A DNA stretch of 17,531 nucleotides from Hormoscilla sp. (GTDB taxonomy: Bacteria; Cyanobacteriota; Cyanobacteriia; Cyanobacteriales; Desertifilaceae), in the NCBI GenBank assembly GCA_051439505.1, contig JBFRWI010000189.1:1-17531 (forward strand), in the 5' to 3' direction. Under the pieces are notes generated by a model. The model had not been told where the DNA came from and made no database searches. It saw only the letters and a list, made by a program, of their open reading frames with translations. The translations under genes and the position numbers were made by a program. This document shows, piece by piece, positions 6,954 through 14,257 of this stretch. The number at the start of each line of letters is the position of its first letter. Within the stretch, counting starts at the first letter, position 1.

Positions 6954-8258
6954 ATGTTGATGTCCGACTCTTCTGAATTTGTGGATCTATGCCGATCGCA
7001 ACTAGCCCTGTTAACTCAGGCACTGGGGGCTTCTATGGGGGTTGTCTACTTGACAGAAAAGCATGTAGCTGACGCCTCGGCAAAGCTCATCCCGATCGTA
7101 GCATACCCAGAGATAGCTAGTGCTTGGCAGCCCCATCAGATCGGGGCACTGTTGCCGCCTGGGGCGGGTGCAGTGGAAATAATGCCTAAATTGCCGTCGG
7201 CAACAGGGGCTGCTTCCTTTCTGGGAGCATCTGGTTATGATGAGCGAGAGTTAATAGAGAACGATCTGTTGCCAGAACACCAGTTGGTCTTACCACTCAT
7301 GCATGAGGGGGTGGTGATGGGGTTACTGGTGACGGCGCGATCGGACAGAGATTGGAATCAGGGGGAACAAAAGCATATCCAGCAGATTGCCAATACCGTC
7401 GCACTTGCCTGTATTTTAGACCAACGCTACCAATGGTTGAAAGAACAAGGGCGACAATATCGACTGACGAGGGCTCGACAACAAGATGTTTTGGACAATC
7501 TGTTGCATCAGTTCCGCAATCCCCTGACGGCCATGCGCACCTTTGGCAAGTTGCTGCTGAAGCGACTGTTACCAGAAGATCGTAATCGCACGGTGGCCCA
7601 GAGTATTGTCCGGGAAAGCGATCGCCTGCAAGAATTGCTGCAACAGTTCGATGCGGCCCTGGATATTGTTGATGTGCAAACAGATGATGTGGTATATTCC
7701 GAGGATCGAAAGGGGACAAGGCCAGTGGGATTACTGCCAGGGTCAAATTCTTTGGGGAGTAGAGATTTAACTCTCTCTACTTGCGAGGTGGCAGCAGTAT
7801 TAGAACCCCTACTAAGTTCAGCTAGCGCGATCGCCCAGGAACGTCAATTGGATTTACATGTGGAAAACCCGCTGGAAATGCCGCTAGTGCGAGCAGATAT
7901 CCAGGGGTTACGAGAAGTATTAAGCAATATAATTGATAATGCCTTGAAATATACCGCAGCAGGAGGAGAGGTGTATGTTCGGGTAGGAGTACGGGATGAG
8001 CGGGTGTTAATTGCCGTGAGTGACACCGGTCCGGGCATTCCCCCTGAAGACCTTCCTCATGTGTTTGAGCGCAATTATCGGGGAGTGCAGGCGGAAACAG
8101 AGATATTTGGTACGGGTTTGGGATTGGCGATCGCTTCTGAGTTAGTGACCGGGATGGAGGGTGAAATCCAAGTGTTCTCGCCAGCACTATACCCAGAAGG
8201 TAGCGATCGGGGAACTACCTTGATCGTCTGGTTACCGATGTCCGCCCAGCCATATTAA
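6954..8258 (+). CDS. hik2: GAF-domain sensor histidine kinase, Hik2/chloroplast sensor kinase (CSK) orthologue
   Basis: N-terminal SEFVDLCRSQ..L GAF domain; H-box LLHQFRNPLTA; N-box NIIDNALKYT; G1 DTGPGI; F-box VFERNYRG; G2 GTGLGLAI. No transmembrane segment. Confidence 0.85.
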   Translation: MLMSDSSEFVDLCRSQLALLTQALGASMGVVYLTEKHVADASAKLIPIVAYPEIASAWQPHQIGALLPPGAGAVEIMPKLPSATGAASFLGASGYDERELIENDLLPEHQLVLPLMHEGVVMGLLVTARSDRDWNQGEQKHIQQIANTVALACILDQRYQWLKEQGRQYRLTRARQQDVLDNLLHQFRNPLTAMRTFGKLLLKRLLPEDRNRTVAQSIVRESDRLQELLQQFDAALDIVDVQTDDVVYSEDRKGTRPVGLLPGSNSLGSRDLTLSTCEVAAVLEPLLSSASAIAQERQLDLHVENPLEMPLVRADIQGLREVLSNIIDNALKYTAAGGEVYVRVGVRDERVLIAVSDTGPGIPPEDLPHVFERNYRGVQAETEIFGTGLGLAIASELVTGMEGEIQVFSPALYPEGSDRGTTLIVWLPMSAQPY

Positions 8259-8959
8259 AGCCGAGCATTGGGTGGACGTCTCCGACCGCGATCGATCACG
8301 ATATCACTGTTGAGCCTCAAAGGCAGATCTGTTTCGGGATTAATTGAAATCAAATCGACTTTATTTTTACCCAACAGTGCGCCAGCTATTCCCCCCAAAA
8401 CCGCACCAATGATAGGTTCTTCAAGGTCAATCTTGCCAGTAATCTCAGCAATAATTGCAGCAGCAGCCCCTCCGATCAATGCCCCTTCAATGACAGAACC
8501 AGCATTAACGCCCCGACTCACGGTTTCGGTTTCGGTGACGATCCCAGAAGAAGCATCAATATTCACCCGCCTGCCACGGGGTGTCACGATCTCCTCAGAA
8601 ATAAACTGAACGCCATCCAGAGCAGGTACGAGTTCGCCGCTAATTTGGCTGCCACCGGGAATCAAGCGTTTTCCATTCCTGGTGACAACATCTTCGGAAA
8701 CTATCAAAGTCAGTTCCATTGTCTCGTCCGGAGCCAGGAGAATTTTTTCCACATCCTCATCCTCGTGCTTGACTGGGATTAAAATACCTGCTGGGATAAC
8801 CCGATCGTTACGATTTTCCGGATATCGCTGAGTCTCGATCACATCAGGAGAATTTTGCTGTTCTTCAGCAGATGCCATTAAGGGCGTAGCGGCAACAGCG
8901 GTCATTGACAAGGCCAGGAGTGCAGCGGTTCCCGATTTCCATTGATGAGAATTGAACAT
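8255..8959 (-). CDS. Secreted/envelope protein with signal peptide and C-terminal glycine-zipper region
   Basis: N-terminal signal WKSGTAALLALSMTAVAATPLMASA; IPAGILIPV...IPGGSQISGEL beta-rich domain; GALIGGAAAA...GAVLGGIAGALLG zipper. Overlaps the hik2 stop by 4 bp. Confidence 0.75.
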   Translation of the reverse strand: MFNSHQWKSGTAALLALSMTAVAATPLMASAEEQQNSPDVIETQRYPENRNDRVIPAGILIPVKHEDEDVEKILLAPDETMELTLIVSEDVVTRNGKRLIPGGSQISGELVPALDGVQFISEEIVTPRGRRVNIDASSGIVTETETVSRGVNAGSVIEGALIGGAAAAIIAEITGKIDLEEPIIGAVLGGIAGALLGKNKVDLISINPETDLPLRLNSDIVIDRGRRRPPNARL

Positions 8960-8994
8960 GATAAATTACCTAAAAACATATCGTTCACACCAGG

Positions 8995-9021
8995 TAGACC
9001 CGAGCTGAGCGCAGATGTTCC
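8995..9021 (-). promoter_or_regulatory. ECF sigma-type promoter (GGAAC-N17-GTCTA) upstream of the secreted protein
   Basis: The minus strand reads GGAAC ATCTGCGCTCAGCTCGG GTCTA, ending 35 bp before ATG 8959. Matches the ECF (sigmaE/SigG-like) consensus. Confidence 0.65.
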
Positions 9022-9098
9022 TCTGGGGAATGAAAATTGATCTGGCAATCCCCGATCGGGCACCGCCCAGCATCTCCTACCCCACCATCTGCTGGGTC

Positions 9099-9917
9099 TT
9101 AGTATAGCTGTAGCTGGAGCTGCTTGCGATATTGCTTGGTTAAGGGATGCTCGTCCCCCAGGAGGCCAAATACGACCAGCATGGCTTTTCTGGCTCCATC
9201 CTGCTTATATTTGCGGCTTTTGCCCACGATGTCTAAAAATATCTGCAAGGCTTCGTCATGCTCTTGTGCGAGGGCCAAGCGACAGCCTTTGGCATAGAGT
9301 TGGTCTAGTTCGCTGTCCCCGGGGTTGTCTGCTTCTTGCTGGAAATGGATTAAGGCTTTCACTGCCTGGGCCTGCCGGTAGTGCTCCCGATCGTCCTCGC
9401 GAATGGTCCCTAACAGTTTTTCGGCGTCCTCCAACTGGTGCAAGCTGACTAGGAACTTCGCTGCGGCGATCGTGACATGGGGATTTTCGGGGTATTTGGC
9501 AAATAGCTGGTCTAAAAGTTGTTTGGCCTGCTGGAGATCGCCGGATGCGGATGCGGTCTGAATGGCTTGCAGTCCCATTTCCAGTTCTGAGGTAAGATTT
9601 AGGCCCTCTAGGATCTGGCGCAACTCGGGTTCGGGCTTGACGCCGACAAATCCGGGCCTGACTTGCCCATCAATGGCAATCTTAACATCTGGGACTCCCT
9701 CGACGCCGTAGGTATTTGCTAAGTCAGGATTTTGGTCAATATCGATCTTTGCTAAGATAAAGTCATATTCTGCCAGTAGCCCTTCCAGTATTGGCATCAG
9801 CATCTTGCAGGGACCGCACCAGGTGGCAAAGAAGTCCATGAGGACGGGCTTTTCATAGGACTTTTCGAGCACTTCGGTGGTGAAGTTGCTGCTGTTAACT
9901 TCTACTGTCGAACCCAT
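9099..9917 (-). CDS. cnoX: Thioredoxin-TPR chaperedoxin CnoX/YbbN
   Basis: N-terminal thioredoxin fold with DFFATWCGPCK, TPR-like helices, and C-terminal DGARKAML..FGLLG..HPL...YRKQL...LY. Confidence 0.88.
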   Translation of the reverse strand: MGSTVEVNSSNFTTEVLEKSYEKPVLMDFFATWCGPCKMLMPILEGLLAEYDFILAKIDIDQNPDLANTYGVEGVPDVKIAIDGQVRPGFVGVKPEPELRQILEGLNLTSELEMGLQAIQTASASGDLQQAKQLLDQLFAKYPENPHVTIAAAKFLVSLHQLEDAEKLLGTIREDDREHYRQAQAVKALIHFQQEADNPGDSELDQLYAKGCRLALAQEHDEALQIFLDIVGKSRKYKQDGARKAMLVVFGLLGDEHPLTKQYRKQLQLQLY

Positions 9918-10003
9918 ATCAATCTTTTCCCCTACTTGTTTGCTGCTAATTATGCCTTAATTTTTGCCTGATGACCTTCCCATAGTCCAGCTCATATCTT
10001 TCT

Positions 10004-10030
10004 TTGATGGTGCGCTCGCACCACCATCAA
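10004..10030. repeat. REP-like hairpin
   Basis: TTGATGGTG-CGCTCGCAC-CACCATCAA (9-bp stem) downstream of the 10065-10649 gene. No U-tract on that gene's strand. Confidence 0.55.
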
Positions 10031-10031
10031 C

Positions 10032-10062
10032 ATTTTGAATTTGGAATTTTGAATTTTGAATT
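10032..10062 (+). repeat. Heptamer tandem repeat (ATTTTGA)x4
   Basis: attttga atttgga attttga attttga att. Confidence 0.85.
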
Positions 10063-10064
10063 GC

Positions 10065-10649
10065 TTATGTCACCTTCGTCCACAGGGCCAACCCGCCACC
10101 TCTACCCCTGGCAGCAATGGCCCGATCGCCCACCAGAAAATAAGTAAAGAATGCTTGTTCTTTGACTGTTTTCTGGTAAAATTGGGCTTCCCGCTCTTTC
10201 CCTCCTCTAATATAGCTCTGATAAAGCTTCCTGCCCAAAAAATACAGCTCCATGCGAGTGAAGTCGAAAGCTAAGATATTCCGCTTCGGCCAAAACTGCG
10301 CGGGACCAGTGAGAACGATCTGAAATAGTCCTACTTCTACTGAGTTTTCCATCTTGCCCCGATCGACTGAGGTTGGTGGTTCTGATGAATAGGATAGAAC
10401 AATCTTAACTAACTTGGGCAGAAACCGTCCCGCCCCCAATATTACCCCTGCCCGTTGGCGCGATTTTTTTGTGCCTGTAATAAACCCCAATCGCCAGCTT
10501 CCCAGCAACTGAGAATAGGTATATTGCACTTGCGTCTGTTTAGCAGTTTTCTCTGTCTGAAGCAGTGCGGAAACTACATCTGATGGCGCGGGAGCTGTTG
10601 TCGCTCCTTTGCTAAGAAACTGAACAGCTTGGTCGATAATTGAGTTCAT
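10065..10649 (-). CDS. Conserved cyanobacterial hypothetical protein, possibly fibrillin/lipocalin-like
   Basis: 194 aa. N-terminal helices, then LLGSWRL (lipocalin-like GxW), beta-rich body and C-terminal ARGRGGGLALW. The fold assignment is inference. Confidence 0.7.
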   Translation of the reverse strand: MNSIIDQAVQFLSKGATTAPAPSDVVSALLQTEKTAKQTQVQYTYSQLLGSWRLGFITGTKKSRQRAGVILGAGRFLPKLVKIVLSYSSEPPTSVDRGKMENSVEVGLFQIVLTGPAQFWPKRNILAFDFTRMELYFLGRKLYQSYIRGGKEREAQFYQKTVKEQAFFTYFLVGDRAIAARGRGGGLALWTKVT

Positions 10650-10736
10650 AAGTTTGATAATTTTAACTTTGTCGCCAATCTATTTCTGACTACTGCAAAA
10701 GTTTCGACCTTGATGACTACAGGATATTTTTTTCGA

Positions 10737-10891
10737 TTACTTACCGCTACTTATTTACCTGCTATAGCTAATAGCCATTTATTTTAACAATGGTGCAGCA
10801 CAGCAAAATATATTAAGTAGGTGGACAAAAATATTTACACATTCACTCGGTGTTGGCTTAACCGATCGATGGTGGGCGGTGCCCACCCTAC
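10737..10891. repeat. 155-bp direct repeat, copy 1 (ends in a GTAG REP hairpin)
   Basis: Matches 12487-12641 at 151 of 155 positions (offset 1750). Confidence 0.95.
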
Positions 10892-10969
10892 TAACTTCAT
10901 AGAGTTAACCCCCCCTACGATTAAATTTATTTCAAAGCGCGATCACTCGTTCCCATGCCCAACCTAAAA

Positions 10970-11860
10970 TTAAAGTTCTGCAAAAGCGCGATCGATCAAG
11001 CTGCGAGCCAGGGTTTGAGTGCCAGTATGTTCCATGTAGTTGGTGGTCATATCCAGAAAAGCCCCGACATAGTCTAACTTGTCATCGGTAATCTCAATGA
11101 AATTTTGCAGGCTATCCATGACCCCTTGTCGGGTGATGCCCCGATCGGCGACAAAATTGCCCATCCAGTCACTTACCGAACTAAAGCTGTCACCAATAAA
11201 GCCCAACTTGCTCGCGAGATCGCCCCCAGGAATGAAATTGCTGATGCTGCTGAAGGTGCCATTGTTTTCTAGGGTCGAGGGGCTCAGCCCAGAGATAGTT
11301 TCGCCTACCTTCTTGATAAAATCGGGACCCAGGGGCAGGATGCCGTCGAAGCAAACTAGGGCCGCCATCCGCATCAGGGAACTCCCGCTGTATTCCTCAA
11401 CTAGAGACTTGATAAAATCCCCAATGCTGTCCCCAGGAATACCATTAATTTGGCAGTAGGCAACGATCTCCACTACTAATTTGAGCGCCAAATCGATGCT
11501 TTGAGCTTGGTCCGCTTTGGGCGTGACTTTGTTCAAGTAGGACAGCAAGCCGATCTTCTGCCCGATTTTGTTAGCTAAGGCCGCTGCACCCAAGGCTGTA
11601 TCGGCATTATCTACCGTTTGGTACAGCCACATGGCTCGTTCGTATCCCTCATCGGAATGGTGGTACAGATAGACCGCCCGTTCCCCGATCTGCTGAATTA
11701 TCTCTGGATCTGTCTCGCCGGTGGCGTCTGCAATGATGTTGTCAAAGCCAATGATGTTGTTCCACTCCCCCGGCACGATATAATCTAAGGCTCGCAGGGA
11801 CATGGTGGTGATGTTCTCCTCGGGCAGGCGATCGGCCAATTCGATAATCGATTTGCTCAC
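10970..11860 (-). CDS. Conserved hypothetical protein (acidic, helical)
   Basis: 296 aa ORF with GTG start and strong RBS AAGGAGG. No recognised catalytic motif. Confidence 0.8.
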   Translation of the reverse strand: MSKSIIELADRLPEENITTMSLRALDYIVPGEWNNIIGFDNIIADATGETDPEIIQQIGERAVYLYHHSDEGYERAMWLYQTVDNADTALGAAALANKIGQKIGLLSYLNKVTPKADQAQSIDLALKLVVEIVAYCQINGIPGDSIGDFIKSLVEEYSGSSLMRMAALVCFDGILPLGPDFIKKVGETISGLSPSTLENNGTFSSISNFIPGGDLASKLGFIGDSFSSVSDWMGNFVADRGITRQGVMDSLQNFIEITDDKLDYVGAFLDMTTNYMEHTGTQTLARSLIDRAFAEL

Positions 11861-11901
11861 AATTTCCTCCTTATGCGATCGTTGCGATCTGCGATTCGAC
11901 G

Positions 11902-12100
11902 AAGCTACCGCAAGTGGGCTTGACCCTTCAGTTTAGCAGAGTCGGGCTAAACTGGTGTGGTCATGGGTCAGTTGGTACACCGGAGATCCTCGCGGGGTGC
12001 AGGGGTATCCGACATCGGGCGTTGTCCATAAACGATCAACGGGTTTTGACCACACCCTATCGAACTTAGCCCGCCTAGCGGTTTCGCGATCGGGAAGCTT
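11902..12100. other. Putative ~200-nt structured element between the 6S RNA terminator and the 296-aa gene
   Basis: Nested complementary blocks GGTGTGGTCA/TGACCACACC, CGGGCTAA/TTAGCCCG, ACCGC/GCGGT and AAGCT/AGCTT, plus the competing palindrome CAGTTTAGC-N8-GCTAAACTG. Confidence 0.55.
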
Positions 12101-12138
12101 TTCGTTATGGATGCGATCGCCATTATTTAAAAATGCGC

Positions 12139-12165
12139 AGGAGAGCCCTGCCACAGGGCTCTCCT
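12139..12165 (-). terminator. Intrinsic terminator hairpin of 6S RNA
   Basis: Minus strand AGGAGAGCCCTG-TGG-CAGGGCTCTCCT (12-bp stem) followed by GCGCATTTTT. Confidence 0.75.
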
Positions 12166-12332
12166 TGTGGTGTCGAAGTGAGCGATTCGAGATTTACCTG
12201 ACCCGGAGTTACGCAAAAAGCGCCTGTTTCCGTTGCTTGACCCAAGTTAGACGCTTTTGCGCAGTCCGGGCCGGGCATCCCTGGTTTCGCTTGGGCTTGT
12301 TGATTTTCCAAGCCCCACTGAACCTTCATACT
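12166..12332 (-). ncRNA. ssrS: 6S RNA (cyanobacterial 6Sa/SsrS)
   Basis: Minus strand carries the cyanobacterial 6S signature ...CCCGGACTGCGCAAAAGCGTCT...AAGCAACGGAAACAGGCGCTTTTTGCGTAACTCCGGGTCAGGTAAA.... It forms a long irregular hairpin (CCCGGA/TCCGGG, GCGCAAAAGCGTCT/AGGCGCTTTTTGCGT), bracketed by a consensus promoter and a terminator. Ends approximate. Confidence 0.85.
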
Positions 12333-12338
12333 GAATAT

Positions 12339-12367
12339 AATATAGCCAACTTTGGGGAATTTGTCAA
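12339..12367 (-). promoter_or_regulatory. Near-consensus sigma70-type promoter of 6S RNA
   Basis: TTGACA (12367-12362), 17-bp spacer, TATATT (12344-12339). Predicted TSS near 12332. Confidence 0.8.
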
Positions 12368-12486
12368 GGGTTTAGGAATTTTTTTTTCTTCAGTAGATAT
12401 TTATTCGATCTTCATATCACTTTTTTTACTGGCACTCAGGGCTAAACCCCTGAGGTGAAATTTTGTTAAGCAGTCTTCCCGATCGC

Positions 12487-12641
12487 TTACTTACCGCTAC
12501 TTATTTACCTGCTATAGCTAATAGCCATTTATTTTAACAATGGTGCAGCACGGCAAAATATATTAAGTAGGTGGACAAAAATATTTACACATTCACTCGG
12601 TGTTGGCTTAACCGAGTGATGGTGGGCAGTGCCCACCCTAC
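12487..12641. repeat. 155-bp direct repeat, copy 2 (ends in a GTAG REP hairpin)
   Basis: Matches 10737-10891 with 4 substitutions. Confidence 0.95.
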
Positions 12642-12691
12642 GAACTATACGCGCGATCGCGATCGCCCGTGCTTCCAATAGTCAGCCCCTC

Positions 12692-13084
12692 CTACAGCGC
12701 TGGTTGAGACTCGGTCAAAAACTGCCGCAACCGTAGCAAACTCAGAGTCTGACCCATATTTAAGGGTAGCAGGGTGATTCCCTCCAGCCTCGACTGCACC
12801 CAGCCTTCCCCCCACCTCCACTCGTGAAAGCCGTCAATTCCACCAGACAGGATCATCCGCAGGCAGTTAGACTCAGCTATCTCTACATGATGGCCGATCG
12901 CCACTGGACCAATCCAGCTGGTAAAGCTCAATCCCGACTCTAACGCCTCTGGCAACCCAGGAGACAACCGCTGGGGCCAAAGCCACTGACGCAAGCTCTC
13001 CGGATGCATCAAACTCTCGCGAATTGCAGTTTCTGACGCTGACATCTCGATCCGCAGATTGCTGGACTGAAAATTTCCTAACAT
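12692..13084 (-). CDS. Conserved cyanobacterial hypothetical protein (possible SRPBCC/START-like fold)
   Basis: MLGNFQSSNLRIE...LRQWLWPQ...GIDGFHEWRWGEGWVQSRLEGITLLPL. Start set at ATG 13084 rather than 13135. The fold is inference. Confidence 0.7.
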   Translation of the reverse strand: MLGNFQSSNLRIEMSASETAIRESLMHPESLRQWLWPQRLSPGLPEALESGLSFTSWIGPVAIGHHVEIAESNCLRMILSGGIDGFHEWRWGEGWVQSRLEGITLLPLNMGQTLSLLRLRQFLTESQPAL

Positions 13085-13222
13085 ACAAGAGATTCCCACC
13101 TCGATCGCATTCAATTCTAGTATGGCAGAGTCCATCGGGGCCTGTCGCCGGAGAACAGCAGCTACATGAGAGACACCTTACAATAAAGAGAACGTTCATT
13201 GTCAAGAAATGTCAGGAAATTC

Positions 13223-14122
13223 ATGGCCGATCAGCTAATTCGCGCCACAGCCGGCGACGGTGGAATCAGAGTAGTAGGCGCGATCGCCACGCGCCTGACG
13301 GAAGAAGCTCGACAGCGGCACAAGCTGTCCTACGTAGCATCTGCTGCCTTGGGTCGGACCATGACCGCTGGACTATTACTCGCCTCCAGCATGAAGCGAC
13401 CGGAATCAAGAGTTAACATTAACATCAAGGGCGATGGGCCCTTAGGCGCAATTCTCGTAGATGCTGGGTTAGATGGTACGGTGCGCGGTTATGTCCAGCA
13501 CCCGGAAGTAGAATTGCCCCCCAAGGAGAATGGCAAACTGGATGTCGGCGGTGCCGTCGGACCCGATGGCTATGTCTACGTTGTCCGAGATGTGGGATAC
13601 GGCTACCCTTACTCCAGCACCGTGGAATTGGTTTCTGGGGAAATTGGCGACGACCTCACCCATTACCTGGTAACCTCAGAACAAACTCCCTCAGCTTTAG
13701 TTTTGGGGGTTTTTGTCGATCGGCAGGGAGTACAAGCTGCCGGGGGGCTACTGCTGCAAGTATTGCCCAAAGCTGCCACGGATGAAGAACTGGTGGCAAC
13801 TCTGGAATCCCGGATCGGGGCACTGTCGGGATTTACTCCCCTGCTGCGGGAGGGTCTGAGTTTGCCAGAGATATTCTCTCAGTTGCTAGGAGATCTGGGT
13901 CTAGTTATCCTCCCAGAGGTGCAGATGCTGCGGTTTGACTGCAAATGCTCTTTCAATCGGATGTTGGGCGCTTTGAAGTTGTTGGGGGAAGCGGAACTGC
14001 AAGATATGATCGAGAAAGATGATGGGGCAGAAGCAATCTGCCAATTCTGCGGCGAAGTATACAAAGCGAACAGCAAGCAACTCGCTCAGTTGATTTGTGA
14101 TTTACGCACAGAATCCGGCTAG
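13223..14122 (+). CDS. hslO: Hsp33 redox-regulated chaperone
   Basis: MADQLIRATA, ALGRTMTAGLLL, GDGPLG, SGEIGDD, SEQTPS, AAGGLLLQVLP, and the zinc-binding CKCS...CQFC motif. Start at ATG 13223. Confidence 0.95.
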   Translation: MADQLIRATAGDGGIRVVGAIATRLTEEARQRHKLSYVASAALGRTMTAGLLLASSMKRPESRVNINIKGDGPLGAILVDAGLDGTVRGYVQHPEVELPPKENGKLDVGGAVGPDGYVYVVRDVGYGYPYSSTVELVSGEIGDDLTHYLVTSEQTPSALVLGVFVDRQGVQAAGGLLLQVLPKAATDEELVATLESRIGALSGFTPLLREGLSLPEIFSQLLGDLGLVILPEVQMLRFDCKCSFNRMLGALKLLGEAELQDMIEKDDGAEAICQFCGEVYKANSKQLAQLICDLRTESG

Positions 14123-14257
14123 GACGCACTTGAGTTGTAAAGAATAATGGAAGATGTGGTTTTTTTCTCAGTTGAGGGGTAAGATTACAAATACCGCAAC
14201 GAGAGTGACCGAAAGCCAAAGCCATTGTTTGTTTGCGTAGGGGCAGTCGATGGAGAT

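Noticed and set aside
11940..12332. Possible tmRNA, RNase P or SRP RNA
   Set aside because: No tRNA-like GGGGC...CCA ends or tag peptide, no RNase P GAGGAAAGUCC core and no SRP CAGG..GGAA..AGCAG motif. Promoter, length and signature fit 6S RNA.
11933..12458. ORFs 11955-12458 (+), 11933-12154 (-) and 12123-12329 (-)
   Set aside because: They overlap the 6S RNA, its terminator and the structured element, and show no protein-like motifs.
10737..12641. Autonomous IS, composite transposon or prophage att sites
   Set aside because: No transposase or integrase is encoded, no target-site duplication is evident, and no tRNA is adjacent. Kept only as a direct-repeat-flanked block.
13085..13222. CIRCE heat-shock operator upstream of hslO
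   Set aside because: No TTAGCACTC-N9-GAGTGCTAA match is present.
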